Made by a program: the position numbers and the translations under genes. From Micromonas sp. (taxonomy: Eukaryota), in contig CP001576.1 of the NCBI GenBank assembly GCA_000090985.2, positions 1,016,155-1,048,154 on the forward strand: DNA of 32,000 nucleotides, read 5' to 3'. Of this stretch, positions 17,714 to 24,829 are shown piece by piece. Below the pieces are notes generated by a model. The model was not told the DNA's origin. It did no database searches and was given only the letters and a program-made list of their open reading frames with translations. Position 1 is the first letter of the stretch. The number at the start of each line of letters is the position of its first letter.

Positions 17714-17801
17714 TGAACGGTTTCCGTGGATCCGAGCATTTATGATGCATCACACGAGGTCCACAGCCTGCGGCGGGCGTTTCGCGTGCCTCGACCACTT
17801 C

Positions 17802-18407
17802 TTAGGTCCTGTTCGAGCTCATGTCCCCTTTGGTTCCCGGCGCCGACCACACGTCCCAGTCGTAGTTCTCCTGAAGCTCCCTCTGCCTGTCCTCCTCTCG
17901 CTTCAGCTCGAGGAACTCCAGCGAGGGCTTGGGGTGGTCCTTACCCCCCTCCAGCTCGTAGAAGTCCTTCACCTTGGGGATGTGCTCCGGGACGATGACT
18001 TTGCCGCGGTAGCCGGTGTCCGCGCCGAGCTTCTCGAGCATCTCGATGGCATCCGGGTCTCGGGTGTTCCACGCCCACACCCACGCGCTGTCGCCCGCGT
18101 TGTTGGTGGCGTTGATCTTGGCGCCTTTCGTGACGAGCATCTCGATGCCCTGGCACCAGCCCTCGTACGCGGCGAAGTGCAGCGGGGTGTTTCCCGCGCC
18201 CTCCACCTCGTTGACGTCCTGGCCATCCGCGAGGAGCTTGAGACAGAGTTCCATGTCTCGGTTCATGACGGCGTGGTGAAGTTTCATCGGTCCGACGAGG
18301 CCGCGGCCGCGCATGCTGCCGCCGCCGTCGGGCTTGACGCCGACGCATCCGTACCTCTCCGGGAACGGGCCCTCCACGCGGGTGTACCACGGGTTGCGCT
18401 CGACCAT
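17802..18407 (-). CDS. Ankyrin-repeat protein (201 aa)
   Basis: LHHAVMNRDMELCLKLLADGQDVNEVEGAGNTPLHFAAYEGWCQGIEMLVTKGAKINATNNAGDSAW gives two to three ANK repeats. ATG at 18407. Confidence 0.8.
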   Translation of the reverse strand: MVERNPWYTRVEGPFPERYGCVGVKPDGGGSMRGRGLVGPMKLHHAVMNRDMELCLKLLADGQDVNEVEGAGNTPLHFAAYEGWCQGIEMLVTKGAKINATNNAGDSAWVWAWNTRDPDAIEMLEKLGADTGYRGKVIVPEHIPKVKDFYELEGGKDHPKPSLEFLELKREEDRQRELQENYDWDVWSAPGTKGDMSSNRT

Positions 18408-18831
18408 CGGCGCTGCGCTCGGTGCGGGTGGGTGCGGCCTGCGCGCGATGTTCGAGACGCGACATGGGGGAGATCTCGTTCAGTCGAATGAATCCTTTCG
18501 GGCACGGGGGGGTATCGGTCGTGACGGCGCGGCGCGCGGCGCGCGGAGGGATACGGACCGAGGACGGAACGACGCGGGTCGATCGAGGGGGGCGCGGCGG
18601 GGCTCACCTGGGACGCGCGTGCGGTGAAAGTGCGTCGCCGTCGACGGCGTCGGGGCTCCCAAAACGCTCACGCGAGGCGAGCGTTTTTGCCGGCGAGGCT
18701 AATCGCACGCGCCTTTTGGCCTCCCGTTGGTTCCTGAAGAGAGTTGCCAGATTTTGGTCACCGCGCGGTTGGCTGCCACCACACGGCACCTCGGGCGTCC
18801 GAGGTTGGCCCCAACCAGTGGCGCGCGGCGC
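18408..18831. promoter_or_regulatory. Putative bidirectional promoter region (ankyrin gene minus / transporter gene plus)
   Basis: Head-to-head genes 424 bp apart. The region contains a 9-bp perfect inverted repeat, AAAACGCTC-n9-GAGCGTTTT (18661-18687). Confidence 0.3.
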
Positions 18832-20040
18832 ATGTCGGATCGCCCCGCGTATCACCTCGTCCCCGGGCGCGAGGACCCGCCGACGAACCACGATCCGCCG
18901 CCGATGAACCCGCCGCTCGGTCACCGCTCGAGCGACCACGTCGGCAGCGTCCGGCTCCTCGAAGCTCTGGGCGCCCCCTCCCGTCGCGACGATGGGGAGC
19001 CCGAGAAGGGCGCTTCGATCCTGTCCAGCTCGGGCGCGGGCGGGACGAATCGAAACGCGGAGCCCGCGATACTGTGGGGTATCCCGCTGCGATTCGCGGA
19101 CGAGCGCCGACTCGCGTACTTTTTGGGCGGCGGCGCCGTGGCGTGCTACCTGGCGTTCACGGCGACGCAGGAGGGGGTGTTCGCGTCGATGGGGGGCGCG
19201 CACGGCGGGATGGTGACGCTCGTGACCACGGCGGTGTACTGCTGCCTGGCGTTCGGCGAGCGCGTGCGAAGCGGAGAGACGCACCGGAAGGGAACGTGGA
19301 GGGACTACCTCATCCTCGCGGCGATGACGAGCGGGGGGATGTACGCCACGAACGCAGCGCTCGCGTACCTAAACTACACCACCCGCATCGTCGCCAAATC
19401 GTCCAAGGTGATCCCCACGATGCTGCTCGGGACGGTGATGCAGGGGCGGCGGTACAGCGCGTCGGAGTACCTCGCCGCGGGGATGCTCGTCCTCGGCATC
19501 GCCCTGTTCACCATGGGAGACGTGGACACGCTCCCGTCGTTCGAGGTTAAAGGGATCGTGCTCATAGCCGTCGCGCTGTGCCTGGACAGCGCGGCGGGAA
19601 ACTTCGAAGAGCGGAGGTTCTTCAACGTCCCGGACCCGGTGCACCACGCCGAGGTTGTGTACCACGCCAACCTGATCGGCATGGGGCTCACGTGCGTCGG
19701 GATGTGGCTCAGCGGCGAACTGTGGGTATCCGTCGCGTTTGTCGCCTCGAACGTGACGTCGACGCCGCTCATGGCCGTCGCCGCCGCGTTCGGCTACCTG
19801 AGCGTCAGCTTCATCTTACTCTTAATCCGGCACTACGGCGCCGCCAACACGGAGGTGGTGAAGAGCATGCGGAAGATGGTATCCATCGCGCTGTCCATGA
19901 CGCTGTACCCGAAGCCGTGGGACTGGAAGTACGGGGCGGGCGCGGCGAGCACCGTCGTGGGATTATACGCGCTGTACGCGATCAAGAGGAGAAAGTACTT
20001 GGCCGCGGGGCCGGGCGGCAGCATGGAGGCGGCCAAGTGA
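18832..20040 (+). CDS. Nucleotide-sugar / PAPS transporter, UAA (SLC35B-like) family
   Basis: About 10 hydrophobic segments. Family-typical NAALAYLNYTTRIVAKSSKVIPTMLLGTVMQGRRYSASEYLAAGMLVLGIALF. The first ATG in frame is at 18832 (MSDRPAYH...). Confidence 0.85.
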   Translation: MSDRPAYHLVPGREDPPTNHDPPPMNPPLGHRSSDHVGSVRLLEALGAPSRRDDGEPEKGASILSSSGAGGTNRNAEPAILWGIPLRFADERRLAYFLGGGAVACYLAFTATQEGVFASMGGAHGGMVTLVTTAVYCCLAFGERVRSGETHRKGTWRDYLILAAMTSGGMYATNAALAYLNYTTRIVAKSSKVIPTMLLGTVMQGRRYSASEYLAAGMLVLGIALFTMGDVDTLPSFEVKGIVLIAVALCLDSAAGNFEERRFFNVPDPVHHAEVVYHANLIGMGLTCVGMWLSGELWVSVAFVASNVTSTPLMAVAAAFGYLSVSFILLLIRHYGAANTEVVKSMRKMVSIALSMTLYPKPWDWKYGAGAASTVVGLYALYAIKRRKYLAAGPGGSMEAAK

Positions 20041-20224
20041 CTTCGGTTCGCCTCTTCGAACCTAACTATGTCATGACCACGACTAATTAGCCGGTAGATT
20101 AATCGATGACGCGTCGATACGGATGGATTCACCCGCCTCTGCGACGTACGTCACGCGTCGGCGGACTCTTCTTCTTCCGATTGGAAGTTACGTTCAGCGT
20201 GCTTTGCTGATGTTAAAATTACGA

Positions 20225-22141
20225 TTACCAGACGCCCCGGAGCTCCGAGCCGGGCACGAACTCGTTGTGAAACCCGAAGGGCACGCGCACGGGCACGCGC
20301 ACCGTCGCGACCCGCGCGAGCCCCCCCGTGCGCTCGTCCCTGCCCAGCACTAAGAGCTCCGCCCTGTCCTCCGCGAGCACGTGCGTCAACACGAGCAGGT
20401 GCCCGTCGTCCTCGTCGTCGTCGTCGCCTTCTGATTTGCTTTTTTCCTTGTCGTTTGGAACGAACACGATGTCCCCGCACGCGCGCCCCTCGCCCAGCGC
20501 GAACTCGTGCACCTCGCCGGTGCGCAGGTCGTGCTTCAACACCCTGTCGAAGGAGGGAACGTCCATGCGGTCGACGGGTTCGGTTCCCGGTTTATACGCA
20601 ACCGTGTAACAAAAACGGTGCTCAAGTCCCACCTTTTTTGGGGACACGCACGGGAAATCGCTCGGCGTTTCGCACATCCGTTCGGAAGACACGAGCGTTT
20701 TCGAGTCGACGTCGACGACCCAGCGCCACAGCGTCGCGACGTCCCGCCCGTGCCCCACCGCGTTGGGGTGATTCGACGTATATTCACCGGCGAAACCGTA
20801 ATCAGACGTTCCGACGGCGTCCGCGTTGAAGAAGCTCACGTCGTCGCCGTACCCGCTGACGCCCCCCTCGAACCCCTTCGCCATTCCCAGCGCGTTCGTC
20901 GCGTCCGCCTTGCACACGTCGATGACGACGCGGTTGTTATTCGAACAACCCGGGTCGTCGAAGCAGTTCACGACGTGGTAACAGAAGCACGGCTCGCCGG
21001 TGTCGATCCAGACCACTTCTTCGGCTCCTTCGCCGAACCGCGGCATCACGCCGATCCTCGCGCTCTGATCCCCCTCGAACCCGAACGGCAGCCCGCCTTC
21101 CATCACCCTGGCAAGATCGAACACCAAAGGCGCGTCCAGGAGCACCGTGCGCGTCGCGGTGATGCCAACGTCGTGCTGCATGGACGGCCTCGCCACGGGC
21201 ACCGTCGTCCGATGGCTTCGAGCGCCGTTCGCATCGATCACCCCAACCGTGACGTCCGTCACGCCGTCGCCGTTCACGTCGATGAGGTTGTACCCGATGT
21301 ACACCATCTCGCCCGTGTTTGGGTCCGTCTTGCCGTGCGCGGTCATGTTATCGAGCCAGTAATCTTTGGTGTTGAATGTGTTACAAAAGTCGCACAACCC
21401 GAGCGTCTTCAAACTCGGGCCGAGCTCGAGCTCGTACGCGCTGCCGGACTCGTACGTGGCGAGCAGACGGCCGGCGTGGTACTTGACGCCGTTGTTGGCG
21501 GTGTTTTTGGATTGGATCACCCAGAACGGCGAGTCCGGGTCGCGCCATTTCGCAAGCTTCGCGAAAAGCCTCGGGACGAGGACGCTCCAAATCGGATTGA
21601 TGTCGCGGAGGCCCGTGTACAGCGCTTTCCCGCACTTTTCCTCCTGCGCGAACCCCCTGGTGCGAACGTACCGTCGCCCGTACGACGCGGACCCGTTCTT
21701 CGAAGTTCCGTCGCCGCTCGAGTTCAGGCGTATCCAGTGGACCATGCCGTCGCCGTCGAACCAGTGGTACCGCCTCGCGCCGAGCAAAGGTTCGTGCGCC
21801 GGGTTCGGGCCGTTGCGAAGGTACACGCCGTCCAGCCCCGGGGGCAGGACGCCGTCGACGACGAGGTCGTCGAGCGTGCATTCGCCCACGACGGGCGCGA
21901 AGTTGCCCCGGAGAGGGGGGTTGTCGCTTTCGGCCGCCCACGCGGGCGGCGCGGAGAGCTCTCGATGGAGTTTTTGTCGCGATGATGCGTCCGCCGCGCG
22001 ATCGACGTCGGCGAACGTCGCGGGTGACGTGGACGCACGCAGAGGGATCCGCGACGCCCCACGTCCGCGTCGGTGCGATGTAGATGGTCTAGTGGGGATC
22101 CCCCCCCGGACGGAGAGGGAGGGCGTCGCGCGGGCAGCCAT
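20225..22141 (-). CDS. Carotenoid cleavage dioxygenase (RPE65/CCD family)
   Basis: LRGNFAPVVGECTLDDLVVDGVLPPGLDGVYLRNGPNP, the four iron-His contexts RRYHWFDGDGMVH, MTAHGKTDP, MQHDVGITA and PFGFHNEFV, and NALGMAKGFEGG. The ATG is at 22141 (MAARATPSLSV..., transit-like); the ORF-track start at 22201 is a GTG. Confidence 0.9.
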   Translation of the reverse strand: MAARATPSLSVRGGIPTRPSTSHRRGRGASRIPLRASTSPATFADVDRAADASSRQKLHRELSAPPAWAAESDNPPLRGNFAPVVGECTLDDLVVDGVLPPGLDGVYLRNGPNPAHEPLLGARRYHWFDGDGMVHWIRLNSSGDGTSKNGSASYGRRYVRTRGFAQEEKCGKALYTGLRDINPIWSVLVPRLFAKLAKWRDPDSPFWVIQSKNTANNGVKYHAGRLLATYESGSAYELELGPSLKTLGLCDFCNTFNTKDYWLDNMTAHGKTDPNTGEMVYIGYNLIDVNGDGVTDVTVGVIDANGARSHRTTVPVARPSMQHDVGITATRTVLLDAPLVFDLARVMEGGLPFGFEGDQSARIGVMPRFGEGAEEVVWIDTGEPCFCYHVVNCFDDPGCSNNNRVVIDVCKADATNALGMAKGFEGGVSGYGDDVSFFNADAVGTSDYGFAGEYTSNHPNAVGHGRDVATLWRWVVDVDSKTLVSSERMCETPSDFPCVSPKKVGLEHRFCYTVAYKPGTEPVDRMDVPSFDRVLKHDLRTGEVHEFALGEGRACGDIVFVPNDKEKSKSEGDDDDEDDGHLLVLTHVLAEDRAELLVLGRDERTGGLARVATVRVPVRVPFGFHNEFVPGSELRGVW

Positions 22142-22403
22142 CGTCTGAGTGCCGACCAAATCGTCGGATGGAAGGAGACGAGCTGGACGAACGAGAGCCA
22201 CTCAGCGTGCTTAACGCTATTCGACGTCAGTGTATGGTACACAAATCTATGTCGTTCACACCGGACTTTCTCGATATTTAGCTAATACCCCTTCCGTGGT
22301 CTGCATGGCTTTCCATACGGGATGGTACATTTCTGATGAATGCATGAGTAGAAGTTCTCGAATGGTGCACTCTCGTTCATCACTTGGAGTTGGACAAAAA
22401 ACA

Positions 22404-23326
22404 TCACCCCGCGGCTGTCGCCGCCGCGGGTTTGACGACCCTCGATTTCCCCTTTGTCAGCGACATCGTCCGCTCGAGGATCCTGTCCACGCTGATCGTC
22501 GGCGCCGAGAAGTGTTTCACCTGGAGGAGGTTGGGAGGATTTATTAGGGACGTGTCCTCAGGTACGCCGACGACAGATGGTTGGTTGAGGGAAAATTACA
22601 ACGTTCACTCGCCTGCACTCGATGGTGCATCATGTGGTCCTCGGTGCTCACCGCCCACCACGGCAGCATCTTGCTGGTCTCCTGCGTGATGATGACATTA
22701 ATACCAGTATTAGTAGACGGATGATGGATGAAAGAAAGAGTGCTCATTCGTCAAAGTTGTTGTGGTAATACCTCGAGAGCGGGCGTGTGTATGAGCAGGT
22801 TGTTGACGGAGATGACCGCCACCGCCGTTAACAGCGCTCGCTCGTCCGGCGCGCACACCGCGCACCCCACCACGAACGGCAGCATGTACGCGTACGCGTA
22901 CTCGACGACGGACACCGCGTTCGCCGACGACGGCGTGACGTGCTTCGCGAACGCGTGGTGAAACTTGTGCGCCCAGTACATCTGCGGGCGGTGCATCTGC
23001 GAATGAGCGTAGTGGTAGCCCAACGCGTGTGTTACCACGAGGCCGAGCGCCGATGTGAATGAGCGAATGAGCGAGTACCCAGAATCTGGGTCGCTTTTGT
23101 ACACGAAGAATTCCGTGGCGAGCGCGTATGTTATCGGACCGATGGCGAGGTTGTTGACCAGGTTGGCGCGCAGGCACGCGCGGTAGAGCGAGGGGCCCTC
23201 TTTACTTTTCAGGAGCGACGCCACGGTCTTGGAGGCGCAGAAGAGCTCCAAAAAACCGGTGAGGGTGAGGGTGCACAGGGCGACCTGGAACCCCCGGGTT
23301 AACCCTGCAGATGATGAGGGATCCAT
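22404..23326 (-). CDS. Fatty acid hydroxylase / sterol desaturase-superfamily di-iron membrane protein, 3 exons: complement(join(22404..22520,22619..22681,22772..23326))
   Basis: Exon 1 (ATG 23326) has His boxes HALGYH and HKFHH and ends CTC GAG|GTATTA. The third His box, DHMMHH, lies in a separate downstream ORF that is reached through acceptor atcacgcag|GAG (90-nt AT-richer intron). A second intron, CGA|GTGCAG ... cctcctccag|GTG (98 nt), gives ...HHR|VKHFSAPTISVDRILERT..., which resembles the family NFS....D..FGT tail. All junctions are phase 0. Confidence 0.65.
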
Positions 23327-23591
23327 CCTGGGGGTTTTTGGATGGGGTGCCGCGGGGGTTGGCCGCGGGGGGTGGCCGCGGCCTTCCTGAATGAATGAAT
23401 GCGTTGGAAAACGCGCCAAAACGAAACAGCGGGGGCCAAAAGCTGACGCAGCATTTTCCTGGCATTATTTGCATTGAAGTAAATAAAACTCAACTCTGGC
23501 ACCACATGCAAACAGTATCGTTCCCCGACACCAAAAATTAAAAAAATTAACCGTGCGACGCAACAGGACGTGCTTCTTTTTGTCTCGCGAA

Positions 23592-23649
23592 GCGGTGCAT
23601 CGACACCGCGAAATCGTCGCGAAGCGGCGTCGCGGTGTCGGTGCACCGC
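23592..23649. other. 20-bp inverted repeat (hairpin) with 18-nt loop in the tRNA-flanking spacer
   Basis: GCGGTGCATCGACACCGCGA (23592-23611) pairs with TCGCGGTGTCGGTGCACCGC (23630-23649), 19/20 plus one G-T. It is followed by the 16-bp tandem TCGGCCAGGGAGGGA x2 (23657-23688). Confidence 0.85.
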
Positions 23650-23750
23650 TGAGCGCTCGGCCAGGGAGGGAATCGGCCAGGGAGGGAGCACGTAAACATA
23701 AAAGGGGGGGAAACAACTCCGGCACCACAGGCAAATAGTCTCGTTTCCCG

Positions 23751-23770
23751 AAAAAAAAATGACGAAAAAA
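23751..23770 (-). terminator. Pol III terminator T-runs downstream of tRNA-Gly
   Basis: Minus strand immediately after the tRNA reads ACC TTTTTT CGTCA TTTTTTTTT (T6 and T9). Confidence 0.7.
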
Positions 23771-23773
23771 GGT

Positions 23774-23844
23774 TGCACCGACCGGGAATCGAACCCGGGT
23801 CTGTACCGTGGCAGGGTACTATTCTACCACTAGACCATCGGTGC
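23774..23844 (-). tRNA. trnG-GCC: tRNA-Gly (anticodon GCC), 71 nt, no intron, CCA not encoded
   Basis: Minus strand: GCACCGA TG GTCT AGTGGTA GAAT A GTACC CTGCCAC GGTAC AGAC CCGGG TTCGATT CCCGG TCGGTGC A. The acceptor, anticodon and T stems are perfect. A box TGGTCTAGTGG and B box GGTTCGATTCC are present. Confidence 0.95.
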
Positions 23845-23867
23845 ATTTTGCTTTTGCTTTTGCTTTG
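23845..23867. repeat. (CTTTTG)n hexamer repeat directly upstream of the tRNA 5' end (CAAAAG on the tRNA strand)
   Basis: ATTTTG CTTTTG CTTTTG CTTTG abuts tRNA position +1. Confidence 0.8.
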
Positions 23868-23974
23868 AGCAAGTTTTCAAGTCATTTACTTGGTTTGGCA
23901 ATTTTTGGAGTGATAAACCGTCCAAAAAAACTTCCGTCTCGCGAAAAAACCGGGACGCACGCAGAGAGCGGCGC

Positions 23975-24083
23975 GTGCCGCGGCTGACGCCGCGGCTAAC
24001 GCCGCGGCTTGGCGCCGCGGCGTCTCAGCCGCGGTTGGAACTTCGACTGGCGCTTCGACTGATCAGCCGCGGCTGTCGCCGCG
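23975..24083. repeat. Tandem 12-13 bp repeat array built on CGCCGCGGCT (six perfect CCGCGG palindromes)
   Basis: CCGCGG at 23978, 23990, 24002, 24015, 24029 and 24067. Intergenic. Confidence 0.85.
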
Positions 24084-24206
24084 TACTCTAAACCCGAAAC
24101 CCAACAACCCCCCACGTTTTAGAGTGAAACTACTTTTTGAGTGTTTACCCTAAGTCCGAGCGTCCAGTTGAGCAAGCCTTTGCCTGACACTTACCTGTGC
24201 TGCGCG

Positions 24207-24325
24207 CTTCAACTGGCGCCGCGGCTGTCGCCGCGGCTGTCGCCGCGGCTGACGCCGCGGCTGACGCCGCGGCTTCACGCCGCGGCTTCACGCCGCGGCT
24301 TGGCGCCGTGGCCGTCGCCGCGCCT
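24207..24325. repeat. Second tandem 12-13 bp CGCCGCGGCT array (seven perfect CCGCGG plus one degenerate)
   Basis: CCGCGG at 24219, 24231, 24243, 24255, 24267, 24280 and 24293, with CCGTGG at 24306. Unit variants occur in adjacent pairs: tgtc x2, tgac x2, ttcac x2. Confidence 0.9.
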
Positions 24326-24829
24326 GTACCCCTTCGCACGGCAAGCCGCGCATGTCCGCACATGTCGCTCGGATTCGTGCTCCGCAAAGAGCACGAGCTC
24401 GCCTTTCGGACCACGTACGAAGGATTTGTCAAATCTAGCCCCGCGTGTTTTGGCCGTCCCTGGCCTTGACGCGCGCGCGAAGAAGCGCAATAAGAGCGGC
24501 TTCGACCTGTTCGTTTTTCCTTCGAAACGGCCCCGCTCAAAAAATGTTGGCGCGGGGCGCGTAGAAGTTCCGGCACCTTTCGGCGCTGATATTCCCTTTT
24601 GCTCAATCGGGTCAAAGACAAATGTTCACTCCTCATCAGTCATTCGTCGCGCCGAACGAACCCCTCGTTTCGGCACGGAGGATCCGACCGAGGACAGGGT
24701 CCGAGGGTCGACGCACGTTTCGAAGCGCGACTCTGCTCATCAGCCTGGATTTCTCAGGGCACCTCCTGGTACACTAATCAATCCCGGGAGAATCCTCGGA
24801 ACAACAAGCAAGAATCCAGACGACAGACA

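Noticed and set aside
17554-17739. 61-aa minus-strand ORF in the convergent intergenic region.
   Set aside because: It coincides with the hairpin arms, so its sequence is explained by the inverted repeats. There is no coding signature.
22230-22689. Plus-strand ORFs 22230..22547 and 22384..22689.
   Set aside because: They are antisense to exons 2-3 and the 3' UTR of the di-iron hydroxylase gene. The minus-strand exons carry the missing third His box and the family tail motif.
23547-23846. 99-aa minus-strand ORF (MHRWSSGRIVPCHGTDPGSIPGR...).
   Set aside because: It is a read-through translation of the tRNA-Gly gene and its T-rich trailer.
23975-24325. CRISPR-like interpretation of the regularly spaced repeat arrays (also 30893..31070).
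   Set aside because: The units are 12-15 bp with no unique spacers between them. The context is eukaryotic (introns, PHD/RING, TALE homeodomain) and there are no cas-like ORFs.
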